Shown here in pieces: positions 40,740 through 50,899 of a DNA stretch of 64,000 nucleotides. The position numbers and the translations under genes were made by a program. Within the stretch, counting starts at the first letter, position 1. Each line of letters opens with the position of its first letter. The DNA is taken from the NCBI GenBank assembly GCA_963827235.1, contig CAWHAE010000020.1, forward strand, positions 1-64,000, written 5' to 3'. Origin of the DNA: an uncultured bacterium. Its GTDB lineage: Bacteria; Chloroflexota; UBA5177; JANWHV01. Under the pieces are notes generated by a model. The model searched no databases. It saw only the letters and a list, made by a program, of their open reading frames with translations, and was not told where the DNA came from.

Positions 40740-40825
40740 CGAATGAGCCGTGGCAGTGAGCTCGTCAGCCCGTCGTGGGCGCTCGACGCTCCGGCCGGGC
40801 TGAAAATCTGCCGCATGAGGAGCCA

Positions 40826-42406
40826 ATGGGAGCCTTGGAAGCAGTGACGCGGCCGTCGACTGCGCCGGGCCGCATCCCGGGCATGCACCGGTGGCCAGTT
40901 CTGATCGTGGTGTGCGCCGCTGCCCTGATCGTCAACGTGGACAACACGATTCTCAACGTGGCGCTGCCGACGCTGGTGCGCACGTTGCACGCTGCGTCGA
41001 GCGAGTTGCAGTGGATCGTCGACTCGTACGCCATGGTCTTCGCCGGGCTGCTGCTTGCCGGCGGCAGCCTGGCCGACCGCTACGGCCGCAAGCGATTCTT
41101 TCTCATCGGCTTGACGGTCTTCGCCGGTGGGTCGATCGGTGCGGCCTACTCGGGCTCAGTGCATCTGTTGATTGCCTTCAGAGGGATCATGGGTGTGGGC
41201 GCGGCCCTGACCGTCCCTGCTTCGCTCTCGATCATCAACAACGTGTTTCGCGACCCGGCTGAACGCGGTCGAGCGATTGGTGCCTGGGCCGGCACGATCG
41301 GCCTCGGAATCGCCATCGGCCCCATTGCCGGCGGACTTCTCCTGGCAAGGTTCTGGTGGGGCTCCATATTCATGGTCAACGTGCCCATCGTGGTTGCCGC
41401 GTTCGCCGGAGCCCTGGCGCTGATGCCGGACTCGAAGAATCTCGTGAGCGACCTGCCTGATCCGGTCGGCGCGCTGCTCTCGATCGCCGGCCTGGGCTTG
41501 CTGCTCTGGGCGATCATCGAGGCTCCTGCCGAGGGCTGGACCTCGGCCAGTGTGATCGCCGCCGGTGCAGGCAGTCTGGCGGTGCTTGGCACGTTCGTCG
41601 CCTGGGAGGCTCATAGCAGCCACCCGATGTTGAAGCTCTCCTTCTTCGCCGATCGCCGCTTCTCCGCCGCCGTCGCCGGTGAAAGCTGCGGCCTGTTCGG
41701 GTTGATGGGCGCGCTCTTCCTGCAGACGCAGTGGCTGCAGTTCGACCTTGGCTATTCGCCGTTGCAGGCCGGGTTGCGGATTCTGCCAATCGCCGCCGTG
41801 CTTTGCGTGATCGCGCCGTTGTCGCCCATCGTAGCCCGCAACGCGGGAGTCAAGTGTACGGTAGCGGCCGGACTGGCCGCGATCGCGGGCGGGCTCTGGC
41901 AGATCTCGGCGGTATCCACGCTATCCGCGACCTATGGCACGGTGCTGCCCGGCATGCTGCTGATCGGTCTCGGGATCGGCCTGCTGCTGCCTACGGCGAC
42001 CAATTCCGTGGTGGGATCGGTCCCCGTTGGTGACTCTGGTGTCGGCTCTGCCTGTAATGCCGTGGCACTGCAGGTTGGCGGGGCGCTCGGCGTTGCCGTG
42101 ATCGGCAGTGTGATGTCGACCCGCTACCAGAACCATATGGTTACCGTCCTTACCGGACAGTACGTGCCCGAGGCGGCCAGGAGCACCATACTCGGATCGC
42201 TCGGCGGCGCGCTCGCCGTGGCCGACAAGGCCGGCGGACTCACCGGAGTTCTTCTCGCGCATGCCGCGCGCGCCGCGTTCATGAGCGGCAGCGGGGCGTC
42301 GCTGGGCGCCGGCGCCGCCGTCGCCCTTGGTGGAGCTGCGCTCGTCCTCGCCTTCCTGCCATCGCGAACACGGCCGTCCTCCCCGGCAGGCGGCCGGGAC
42401 ATCTAG
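40826..42406 (+). CDS. MFS drug:H+ antiporter, DHA2 (EmrB/QacA) family
   Basis: DNTILNVALP, LQWIVDSY, GSLADRYGRKR, GPIAGG, WGSIFMVNVP. Confidence 0.94.
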   Translation: MGALEAVTRPSTAPGRIPGMHRWPVLIVVCAAALIVNVDNTILNVALPTLVRTLHAASSELQWIVDSYAMVFAGLLLAGGSLADRYGRKRFFLIGLTVFAGGSIGAAYSGSVHLLIAFRGIMGVGAALTVPASLSIINNVFRDPAERGRAIGAWAGTIGLGIAIGPIAGGLLLARFWWGSIFMVNVPIVVAAFAGALALMPDSKNLVSDLPDPVGALLSIAGLGLLLWAIIEAPAEGWTSASVIAAGAGSLAVLGTFVAWEAHSSHPMLKLSFFADRRFSAAVAGESCGLFGLMGALFLQTQWLQFDLGYSPLQAGLRILPIAAVLCVIAPLSPIVARNAGVKCTVAAGLAAIAGGLWQISAVSTLSATYGTVLPGMLLIGLGIGLLLPTATNSVVGSVPVGDSGVGSACNAVALQVGGALGVAVIGSVMSTRYQNHMVTVLTGQYVPEAARSTILGSLGGALAVADKAGGLTGVLLAHAARAAFMSGSGASLGAGAAVALGGAALVLAFLPSRTRPSSPAGGRDI

Positions 42407-42922
42407 TGCTCGCATCGCGGGCCACGACTCGATGATCTCCGGTACTTGGCGCCACACACGTGGCCCATCTTGATGAGGCGATGGCCCTCCATGCGCGGGG
42501 TCTTGCGCCCAGGAACCGTGACGAGGTTCGACGGGGCGCGCGCCGGTGCTCACGACGGCGCGTCCCGGTGCCGCATCCCGAATCTCGGGGTCTCGAAACC
42601 CCGCGGACCCATGCCGATCCACCGGCCGGAGGCACGGCAGGTGTGGTTGGGGGCTGTTGAGGCGGCTCGGACCGGTAACGAGGCACTATCGCGCATGAGA
42701 GCAGCTTATTGCAGGGCCGTCTGGGGCGGCAGATCCCCGGCTGCTGGCGGGTTCGACTTCGGCGACGACACGCGTATTGCCAGCAGCGCGGGGGCCGCAA
42801 CCTGGGTGCCGCGCCGGCACGCCCAGGTGGGAACGGGACCTCGGTCCCTGGTCAGGGTCTACAGTTCGTCTGCCACCGGTTCGCGATCGGACTCTCGTCG
42901 CAAGTGGCGGCGTGCCGGTTCC

Positions 42923-43711
42923 CTACGTTGTTGGTGTGCCCGAGGGCGGCGTGCCCGAGGGGAGTTCGCCGGAGGGTGAGCCGCACGAGGTCAAGTCTCC
43001 TGCCGGCGGCGTGCCCGAGGGGGTGCCTATCAGGTCCGGAGTGGCGGGCGGCGTGCCATCGGGCGGCTCGCCGGCTGATGAGCCGCATGGGTTGAAGTCT
43101 ACCGCCGAAGGCGTGCTTTCGGCCTCCGTGCCGGAAGCGACCGGGGTAGCGGGCGGCGTGCCATCGGGCGGTCCCCCAGCCCGTGAGTCGCATGACTGGC
43201 GGTCTCCCACCGGCGGCATGCCCGAGGGAGTGCCCGTGGTGTCCGGGGTGGCCGGTGGCGTGCCCGAGGGAGTGCTTGCCAGGTCCGGGGTAGCAGGCGG
43301 CGTGCCATCGGGCGGCCCTCCAGCCGCTGAGCCGCACGGGTTGAAATCTCCCGCCGGGGGCGTGCCTGCTGCGGCTGGCGTGCCGGAAACGACTGGGGTA
43401 GCCGGGGGCGTGCCCGCGGGTCGGCTCCCAACCGGCGAGCCGCACGGGTTGGTGCGTCGTGCCGGCGGTGCGCCCTCTGACGGCGTCGCGGACGCGGTTG
43501 GGGTGGCCGACGGTGTCACGCTCGCCGTGGCGCAGGCCGGCGATGTCCCGGGCCGTGACCCGTGCCCCTTGCCGACCACCGTGGCGCTGAGCACGTTGGC
43601 CGACGCGCTTCCATTGTGCACGGCTGTCACAGCCGCGGCACCGCCGGTGACAAATGCTCCGACCAGCGCAAGCGTGGCCAAGCGGCGTTTCACTCTCGTG
43701 CTTTTCTCCAT
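42923..43711 (-). CDS. Secreted Pro/Gly/Thr-rich repeat protein with Cys-anchored repeats
   Basis: MEKSTRVKRRLATLALVG signal-like N-terminus after GGAAGGAAGG; five repeats of (D)xxxC(G/D)S..G.PP.GTPPATP. Confidence 0.7.
   Translation of the reverse strand: MEKSTRVKRRLATLALVGAFVTGGAAAVTAVHNGSASANVLSATVVGKGHGSRPGTSPACATASVTPSATPTASATPSEGAPPARRTNPCGSPVGSRPAGTPPATPVVSGTPAAAGTPPAGDFNPCGSAAGGPPDGTPPATPDLASTPSGTPPATPDTTGTPSGMPPVGDRQSCDSRAGGPPDGTPPATPVASGTEAESTPSAVDFNPCGSSAGEPPDGTPPATPDLIGTPSGTPPAGDLTSCGSPSGELPSGTPPSGTPTT
42930..43455 (-). repeat. Imperfect ~105-bp coding tandem repeats
   Basis: Recurring GGCGTGCCATCGGGCGG, GGCGTGCCCGAGGG and GAGCCGCA(C/T)G(G/A)G on the + strand. Confidence 0.8.
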
Positions 43712-43840
43712 GACCCTTCCTTCCTGCTGGCGCTTTGCCCAGCTTGTGGCCGTCCTGTAGCCCGGTCTTCGAGCCGCCCGTGCCCTGCCGGCGGCAAGGG
43801 TGAGGATCGCGGGTCCGGTCTGCTCCGGTGCTATCAAGAA

Positions 43841-43896
43841 ACACTACGGTGCCGGACTAAGAGCCCCCTAAGAGCCAGCCAAGACATTGCTGAGAA
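43841..43896 (-). promoter_or_regulatory. Four hexamer direct repeats at 11-bp period plus -10 box
   Basis: Minus strand TTCTCA-N5-GTCTTG-N5-CTCTTA-N5-CTCTTA-N11-TAGTGT. Confidence 0.6.
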
Positions 43897-44023
43897 TCAG
43901 CCAAGAAGTTGGCCCGCCCGCTGGCTGTGGCGGGAGGCCGCTCGATGGATACTCCCGTGCTTCGCCCTGGAGCGCCCGCTGTGCGCTATGATCATGGTCG
44001 AGGTCGCCGGCGAGGAGTGGTGC

Positions 44024-44338
44024 GTGTCGTACGAGGACGGCTGGGCGGCGCTGCATCTGGAGATGCCTGCACGAGTGCCGAGGACCGAGTATTCGACGGA
44101 CATGGCTGCCGTCGCCGAACGCCACGGGCGCACGCACGCATTCGTGGGCAACGTGGACACGCGCATCCTGCTCTCGGGCACTCGGGTGCAGATCAGGACG
44201 GAGGTGGGGCGTTGCTTGGCCATAGGCAAGTCGTGTCCGGGCTTCTTTCTGGCCGTGGGTAACCACATTCCCCACAACACTCCGGTCGACGGTGCGCTCC
44301 ACTACCAGGAGGTCTACGAGGAGATGAGCCGCCGCTGA
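44024..44338 (+). pseudogene. Uroporphyrinogen-decarboxylase-family gene with a large in-frame internal deletion
   Basis: GAGGAG RBS. N-terminal SYEDGWAALHLEMPARVPRTEYS joins directly to a URO-D-type C-terminus (TDM...FVGNVDTRIL.SGT...EV.RC...GFFLAVGNHIP.NTP). Confidence 0.7.
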
Positions 44339-44984
44339 GCGCCGCCTTCGCGGAGCTGAGCCGGCACGCGGCACGTGGCGGAAGTAAATCCAGTGCCTGA
44401 ACGGGGGCTGCGCGACATGCGGTTCGTGTTCCCGGCAGTTCGACCTCTGCTAGAGTCTACCGGTACGAAGGCGCCGGCACGGCGCCAACGCTCATTCAGC
44501 AGGAGACCTGCCGCGTCGACCGGGCTCATGCATCGTTGGCTCGGCAAGCTAGCCCAAGCCGCGGTCGCTGCGCTGCCGGTATTGGGCCTGCAGTCCGCGC
44601 ATCTGGAGCGTGACCAGCAAGCGTTCGGGATGGGGTAGACGTCTTCGGTCCCACGGCGCTTGAGCGAGCCGGGCGTGGCGAGTCATAATGTCGACTCGGA
44701 CCTCCGCGGTGACCTTTGCGGTGACTGGCATACTGGATCCCTGTATTCGCGCACGGTTGACAGCATCTCTCTACACTGTGTTATCGGCAGGCGCGGGAGA
44801 ATCATTAGGGCGTGTTCAGCGGCGTACCCGCCCTATCGTGAGCCCGGTCCGCTACGCAGAGTGACCGCAGTGGCTCACGTGAGATGGCCACACCGAGGTG
44901 ACACGCGCGAATAACCCGGCGTGCGTTCCCTCACGGGGCCAGGAGCAATGCGTTGCAGCCCGCCAAGCTCGCTGGTTGCGTCGA

Positions 44985-45190
44985 TGTCCTGGGCCATCCA
45001 CGCTCGTGCAGGAGCTCCCGTCCATGCTGGCCGACGATCACCCCAGCGGGGGGTTCCGGCCGAAGCGGGGTGATACTCGAGGCGCACATTCTGGGAATAC
45101 TGCACGATGTGGAAGCGGCCCGTACCGTCGCTGTCGCGCGGGAAGAACGGCTGCGACACGGGTGCCCCGAGCACGCACGGGCGGCCTGCC
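44985..45190 (-). pseudogene. Remnant of a Chloroflexi-type surface-protein repeat (LGFP-like)
   Basis: VLGAPVSQPFF..DSDGTGRFHIVQYSQNVRLEYHPASAGT, then a shift near the G6 run at 45048-45053 to VIVGQHGRELLHERGW. Confidence 0.55.
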
Positions 45191-45356
45191 GGCCTCAGCG
45201 CTATGCATGATAGCTGATCACTAGCCGCACGCCGCGCCCGGCACACGCTGCTGGGTTTCCTATTAGCATGATCTGTTGGAGCACCTGGCGGGAGCGCATG
45301 CATTGGAATCGCACGCACTCGCCGTGCAGGCCATCGCTACGGATCAGGAGCCACTC

Positions 45357-48300
45357 CTATGGACTTACGACAGCAAATCGTTGCGACGTTATGCCCGCCG
45401 TTGTGCCGTCGCGCAGCAGGGCCCGCACCGTGATGGTGACGGTGCCCCGGGCCGGGGCAGCCTTGCTCGCCTTGGGTACATACGCCACGTTGAAGGTGTG
45501 CTGCCCATGGCCGTGACGATCGGCCGTGGATGTGTACGTCTGTTTGGTGCCGTTCGGATAGGCGAGCGTGTAGGTCAGCTTCGCGCCAGCCAGCCAGTCG
45601 CTTGCGACCACCTCGCATCCTCGTGCCACGGCCACGTCGACCGTCCTTGCAGGGGTGCAGGCGGTAGCTCGCCCGCCGGTCACCGTGCGCGGGGCATTGC
45701 GCATCACGAGCAGCGGGACAACCGTGCCCGCTTTCTGGGCGACAACCACGATTGCAGGAGTGGTCAGCACGTGCCCGGCGCTCGCGGCGGCTTTCGAGGC
45801 TCCGTTGTACGTGGCGCTCAGGTTGTGCACGCCGGGTCCCAGAGCCTTGGTCGTCAGCGATGCCGCCCCGTTGGTCAACGGCACCGTGCCGAGCGCGGTG
45901 TCGCCGTCTCTGAAGGTCACGCTGCCGGTCGCGGCGGCGGTCCGTTGCGGGTGGTTCGCGGCGGGGCGGATGACGATTGACATAAGTGAGGCCGGGAGAT
46001 CGAGTGGGCCCGCGGCGGCGGCCTGAATCGAGGCCGTCTGGCTCAGGATCTGCTCTACCGTCACCTGGAGCGTGACCGGCGAGCCCGGCGTCGTGGTACC
46101 CGAATGCACGCACAGGGTGATGCGCACTCGTCCGTCGCCGCTGGAGGACGAAGTCGGCGCTGGATTCGCGGTCGGCAGTGGCACGGCCGTTCCCGTGGCA
46201 CTGGACCTGCTCACCGCGGTAGCAGACGGACTTGCCTTGCCTTTGCTGCTCTTGCCCGCGGTAGCAGACGGACTTGCCTTGCCTTTGCTGCTCTTGCCTG
46301 CGGTAGTCGCCCCGGTGTTGCTGCCGCTCGTCGGCACCGGCGTGGGCGCGTTGCCGGCAGCTGTGCCGGATGTCGGTTCCTGCGTCGGCACGATGGTACC
46401 CGCTTGACTGGGAACCGCCGTGGGTATCACAGCAGGTGGCTGATTGGGCGGCTGGTACGGCGGCACGTAGGGCGGCACATATGGTCGCGAGGTGGGAGCA
46501 GGCGTTGAGATGCTCGCGCTCGTCGCCGTGGGCGAACCGGGCGTGGCAGTGGCGGATCGGCTAGGCGATGGCGAAGGTGTGCCTGTAACCGTCGCGGTAC
46601 TGGTCGGCGTGCTGGTGTCGGTGGTGCTCGCGGTCTCAGTTGCGGTGCTCGTGCCGGTCGGCGTACACGTGTTCGTTGCGGTACTTGTGGCTGTCGCGGT
46701 ATCTGTATCGGTCGGCGTGCTCGTGTAGGTTGGGGTGCTCGTGTTGGTTGGCGTGCTCGTGTAAGTTGCGGTGCTCGTGGAGGTTGGCGTATTGGTGTCG
46801 GTTGCGGTGCTCGTGTTGGTTGGCGTGCTGGTAACCGTTGGCGTGCGAGTCTTGGTTGGCCTGCGAGTGTTGGTTGGCGTACTGGTGGCGGTGCTCGTGG
46901 AGGTTGGCGTATTGGTGTCGGTTGGCGTGCGAGTCCTGGTTGGCCTGCGAGTGTTGGTTGGCGTACTGGTGGCGGTGCCGGTCTGCGTGCTGGTACCGGT
47001 TGCGGTGCTTGTGCCGGTCGGAGTGTAGGTATCCGTCTGAGTGCTCGTAACGGTTGCCGTGGGCGTATCGGTGGTGGTGTCGGTGACCGTCGGCGTATTG
47101 GTGCTGGTCGGAGTGCTCGTAGCAGTTGCCGTGGGTGTGTCGGTGTCGGTCGGTGTACTGGTGTCGGTTGCTGTGCTGGAGTCGGTTGGCGTACTGGTTT
47201 CGGTTGGTGTGCGAGTCTTGGTCGGCTTGCGAGTACTGGTTGGCGTGCTGGTATCGGTTGGCGTGCTGGTGTCGGTTGGCGTGCGAGTCTTGGTTGGCTT
47301 GCGAGTGCTGGATGCCGTGCTCGTATCGGTGGGAGTCGGCGTATCGGTGACCGTCGATGTATCGGTGTCTGCAGGTGTGCTGGTGTTGGTGACCGTCGGC
47401 GTATCGGTATCCGGCGCTACGGTGTCCGTTGGGGTGCTGGTGTCGGTGTCTGTCGGCGTACTCGTGTCGGTGTCGGTCGCGGTGCTGGTGTCGGTGTCCG
47501 TCGGCGTACTCGTGTCGGTGACCGATGGCGTATCGGTATCCGGCGCCACGGTGTCCGTTGGGGTGCTGGTGTCGCTGTCGGTCGCGGTGCTGGTGTCGGT
47601 GTCCGTTGGGGTGCTCGTGTCGCTGGCAGTCGGCGTGACTGTCAAGGTATCGGTCGCCGAGTCCGTAACAGTCGGCGTCTCGGTGCCGGTCGGCGAGCTG
47701 GTAGCGGTGTCTGTACCGGTGGCAGTGCTGCCCGGCGCGATGGTATATGCCAAGGATGCGCTGACGCTGGCGGCGTACATCTCGTCGTCGTCGCCGTAGG
47801 CGGCAAGGATTGAGTGGTCTCCCACGGCGAGTGTGTCCACGGTGCAGGTGGCCTGGCCGGTCAGCGCGTCGACTTGAGCCGGCTGGCAGAGCGTGGTGCT
47901 CGTGGTCGTGTCGGTAAAGGTGACGAGGCCCGCGGGCACCGCGGTCGGATCGGAGTTCCCGTAGGTCACATCGGCGGTGAAAGTGACATCGGCGCCGGAA
48001 TCCGCCGAAGCCGAGGGGTCGGCGCTCAGGCTGGTACTGGTCGGCAGATTACCCTCATAGAGCTGGGAGTCGTCCTCGCCGATGGTGCTCACCACAAAGC
48101 AGCGACTGCCGTTCACGCAGGTCAGCCCTGCCGCGCCGCCAAACGGCAGCGTCTCAATCGTCGTCGCGGCGCCGGTGGCAACGTCGATCGCGTACTGAAT
48201 GCTCGGAGTGCCGTCGCTCACTGCGAAGCAGGCGCCGGTGCTCGGGGCACAGCCGATACCGGCCAGATGCGCGACGCCGCTATCGGAGGACGTGCCGGCC

Positions 48301-48920
48301 CGGGCCCAGGTTACTGCCGTACCGTTGCCCGAGTCGTGCGGGTTCGCGTAGTCCAGCTCGCCGACGACGGAATTGCTGCCGTCGCTCGGGTCGGTCACCG
48401 AGTAGAGTTTGGGCGGTGTCGAATTGTCGAAGCTCAGGCCGCTCACGTAACTGACCAGGTTGTCGCCGCCGTCTACTATGGGCCAGATATTCTGAACGCT
48501 CCAGCTGCCGGCCGCGTATACGAGCTGATACAGGCTTGAGGCTGTGTCGTCGGCATAGTAGTCCACGGCATAGCAGGTGTTGGGGTGCGCGGGATTGCAC
48601 GCGACGCTTGCCACGAGATTGCCCAGGTCGCCGGTCAGGCTAGCCGCTTCTCCGCTGTAGGCGTCGACGCCGTACAGGCTACTATCGCTGCCGTCAGTTG
48701 GGTTGCTCACCGCAAGGAGAGTGGGAGGGGAGATCTCGTCGAAGCTGATGCCGCGCAGATGGCTTACGCCGGTGCCGGTGCCGGTGGCGGCCCACGTCCA
48801 TGGCTGGCTGCCGCCGGCGGCCACGCGGCCCGGCACCGCGAACAGTGAGTTGCGGACGGGACCGCCCAGCGCCAGGACGCAAGCCCAGCACAGGGTGACG
48901 CACCATCGAAGCGCTCTCAT
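45357..48920 (-). CDS. Large secreted surface protein: acidic propeller-like head, Ig-like (Big_3-type) domain, Thr-rich stalk, second Ig-like domain, conserved C-terminal domain
   Basis: Signal peptide; repeated HL.GI/GLSFD..PP.L..V units; G.VTF.D...L....GQATCT..L.VG.HSI.A.Y.GD and GSVTFRDG...LGTVPL.NG.A.LTT..L..G.H...ATY.G. Alternative starts 48995/49001. Confidence 0.85.
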   Translation of the reverse strand: MRALRWCVTLCWACVLALGGPVRNSLFAVPGRVAAGGSQPWTWAATGTGTGVSHLRGISFDEISPPTLLAVSNPTDGSDSSLYGVDAYSGEAASLTGDLGNLVASVACNPAHPNTCYAVDYYADDTASSLYQLVYAAGSWSVQNIWPIVDGGDNLVSYVSGLSFDNSTPPKLYSVTDPSDGSNSVVGELDYANPHDSGNGTAVTWARAGTSSDSGVAHLAGIGCAPSTGACFAVSDGTPSIQYAIDVATGAATTIETLPFGGAAGLTCVNGSRCFVVSTIGEDDSQLYEGNLPTSTSLSADPSASADSGADVTFTADVTYGNSDPTAVPAGLVTFTDTTTSTTLCQPAQVDALTGQATCTVDTLAVGDHSILAAYGDDDEMYAASVSASLAYTIAPGSTATGTDTATSSPTGTETPTVTDSATDTLTVTPTASDTSTPTDTDTSTATDSDTSTPTDTVAPDTDTPSVTDTSTPTDTDTSTATDTDTSTPTDTDTSTPTDTVAPDTDTPTVTNTSTPADTDTSTVTDTPTPTDTSTASSTRKPTKTRTPTDTSTPTDTSTPTSTRKPTKTRTPTETSTPTDSSTATDTSTPTDTDTPTATATSTPTSTNTPTVTDTTTDTPTATVTSTQTDTYTPTGTSTATGTSTQTGTATSTPTNTRRPTRTRTPTDTNTPTSTSTATSTPTNTRRPTKTRTPTVTSTPTNTSTATDTNTPTSTSTATYTSTPTNTSTPTYTSTPTDTDTATATSTATNTCTPTGTSTATETASTTDTSTPTSTATVTGTPSPSPSRSATATPGSPTATSASISTPAPTSRPYVPPYVPPYQPPNQPPAVIPTAVPSQAGTIVPTQEPTSGTAAGNAPTPVPTSGSNTGATTAGKSSKGKASPSATAGKSSKGKASPSATAVSRSSATGTAVPLPTANPAPTSSSSGDGRVRITLCVHSGTTTPGSPVTLQVTVEQILSQTASIQAAAAGPLDLPASLMSIVIRPAANHPQRTAAATGSVTFRDGDTALGTVPLTNGAASLTTKALGPGVHNLSATYNGASKAAASAGHVLTTPAIVVVAQKAGTVVPLLVMRNAPRTVTGGRATACTPARTVDVAVARGCEVVASDWLAGAKLTYTLAYPNGTKQTYTSTADRHGHGQHTFNVAYVPKASKAAPARGTVTITVRALLRDGTTAGITSQRFAVVSP
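46214..46306. repeat. 42-bp near-perfect tandem duplication ([14 protein letters not shown] x2)
   Basis: GCGGTAGCAGACGGACTTGCCTTGCCTTTGCTGCTCTTGCC repeated. Confidence 0.9.
46590..47725 (-). repeat. Low-complexity T-x coding repeats (TDTSTPT / TNTPT / [11 protein letters not shown])
   Basis: ~375 aa with Thr at nearly every second residue. Confidence 0.95.
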
Positions 48921-49399
48921 CGGCCTACTCCCACACGCCTGGGTACCAGCGACGGCGAGAACCCTGGGCCGACCACCTGACCTGGCTTCCGCCATGTGCA
49001 CTCAAGGCAAGTAGGTGCTACCCCTGGCCGCCGAGGCAAGTATGTCACAGCTGAGTACGCTGGTATATGGCCAAAAAGGCGCGACCGCCCCTGGTCATGA
49101 CAAACCGCACGCAACTGGCGAGCCGCACCGGGAGTCATGGGCCGTCGCAGTTGCCCTCGCGACAGCGCCGGACGGCGTCGGCAGCTTAGGCGGCTGACAC
49201 ATTCACTGCGCGCAGCCACGACGGTCTCGCTGCGGGAGCAGGACTGCTTCTGGCACCGCCCGCCGGCCAGGCGTTGGGGAGTCGTACGCTGCCTGGCCGT
49301 GAGCAAGAACGCCCGGGGTCAGCTCCTTGGCGCTTTATCGGACCGTGCCTTGCCGGGTTGTCGTCCTCGGGCCGGCCACAGTGACGGTGAGCCCCGTCC

Positions 49400-49906
49400 T
49401 CAGCAGTTCCCGCCGTCGATCATGGTCTCGAAGTCCGTGTGTGCGGCCGCGTGCCCGTCCAGCATCACGACTGCCCGGTATGGTCCCTCGTAGTCCGGAT
49501 TGTCGCCAACAGGGCCCATGACCATGCCGTTCACGTGCGAAGCGGTGACGCGCCCGGACTTGGTCTCGGGCTTGGTCGGGTCCTGGCCGTTGCCTGTGTG
49601 CAGATAGACCAGGATCTGGAACTGCGTATGGCCGGGAACGGCATTCTTGTATTCGAAGTAGAAAGAGACGCTCGTCGTGTGGCATCCGAACGAGGCCGTC
49701 TTCTTGGGACGGGCCGTCGACGTCGTGGCTTCCCAGGCTTTGTAGGCCGCGCCGGTAGCCGTATAGAAGACCGATACTGACGGCTTGGCTTTGGCGGCGA
49801 CGGGCTGCGCCGCGAGTCCGCAGAGCGTCAAAGCCGCAACCGCGAGTACTCTACCGAGTTGAAGTGGCAAGCTGCGTCGTAGCAAGGAGGGCCTCCCGTT
49901 TAGCAC
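49400..49906 (-). CDS. Small secreted hypothetical protein
   Basis: Hydrophobic signal RVLAVAALTLCGLAAQPVAA and a beta-rich mature region; start uncertain. Confidence 0.6.
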   Translation of the reverse strand: MLNGRPSLLRRSLPLQLGRVLAVAALTLCGLAAQPVAAKAKPSVSVFYTATGAAYKAWEATTSTARPKKTASFGCHTTSVSFYFEYKNAVPGHTQFQILVYLHTGNGQDPTKPETKSGRVTASHVNGMVMGPVGDNPDYEGPYRAVVMLDGHAAAHTDFETMIDGGNC

Positions 49907-50081
49907 ATGTAGTTTCTTGCACCATATCCATCGAGACAAGTTCCTACAGTACATTGGCGCTCCGCCGCCGTCGCAATAGCGCGAACGTCCATCCTCGTCG
50001 GAGTCGCACGGCCCAGGCATACGCAAAAATGCGAGACACTGATCTCATGGCCGCCGTCGGACAATCGCAAATAGGAGACCA

Positions 50082-50597
50082 ATGAGATCGATCGTCATAC
50101 TCAGCGGACCGGTCGGCGCCGGCAAGACCACCGTGGCCCGCGAGCTCGTAGCGGCCTCGCCCGGGCCCACGGCATATATCGAAGGCGACACGTTTTGGTC
50201 CTTCATCGCCAAGCGCGCGGAGTCGGGCCGGCACAGGAACTTCCGCATGATCATGTGGGCGATGATCGCGGCGGCGGTTCCCTACGCGGTCGCGGATTAT
50301 GAGGCGATGGTCGATTTCTCGATTCCGCCCTGGTTCCTCGATACCGTCCGTAGAGTGGTCAAGGCGCGAGAAGTGCCGGTCGATTACGTCGTGCTGCGAC
50401 CGAGCGAGGAGGTCTGCGCGGCCCGAGCGGCGGCTCGGCCGGCCGGCAGGATCGCGGACTACGGCCCGTACCGCGAGCTGTACGCGTCCTTTGACGAGGC
50501 GCAGCAGTACGTGGTGCAGGACGACGATAGCGCGGCGGTCACCGTGGCAACCGGCATTCGAGAAGGTCTCGATGCCGGGCGGTTTCGCCTCAAGTGA
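50082..50597 (+). CDS. Small P-loop kinase / AAA family protein
   Basis: AGGAG RBS; IVILSGPVGAGKTT, YIEGD, C..R...R lid. Confidence 0.85.
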   Translation: MRSIVILSGPVGAGKTTVARELVAASPGPTAYIEGDTFWSFIAKRAESGRHRNFRMIMWAMIAAAVPYAVADYEAMVDFSIPPWFLDTVRRVVKAREVPVDYVVLRPSEEVCAARAAARPAGRIADYGPYRELYASFDEAQQYVVQDDDSAAVTVATGIREGLDAGRFRLK

Positions 50598-50899
50598 TGG
50601 CGAATGGGTGACGGCCCAGTGTCGCGTTGCTTGCCATGCTGTGCCGTGAGAGGAGCAGGCAACCGGACGACACGCACCCGCCGTCCGGGCTCCGCATCGC
50701 CCTGCTGGAATACTGTCCCTTCCAGCAGGCAGCCTTCTGCCTCGACGCTCTGCAACGGCGGGCCGTGCACGACGAGCTGGACGGCGTAGAGAAGGCAATG
50801 CAGCGACCCCTGGTCGACCGCTTTCGCACGCGCTGGTATCGCTGAGCATGGCTCACACCGGCCACCGGCAGCGCACGCTGGTCTGACGAGGATCACCTG

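Noticed and set aside
3004-42925. TAG read-through/recoding suggested by two in-frame TAGs
   Set aside because: Many intact genes here end normally at TAG, and no pyl or suppressor tRNA genes are seen.
44340-44900. Orphan TTGACA (~44757) and a hairpin as a possible sRNA locus
   Set aside because: No properly spaced -10, no terminator and no known RNA signature.
42930-47725. Repeat arrays as possible CRISPR
   Set aside because: The repeats are imperfect, codon-phased and lie inside ORFs; there are no unique spacers or cas genes.
50627-50845. 72-aa ORF between the kinase and fabF
   Set aside because: No RBS or recognisable motif; possibly a remnant.
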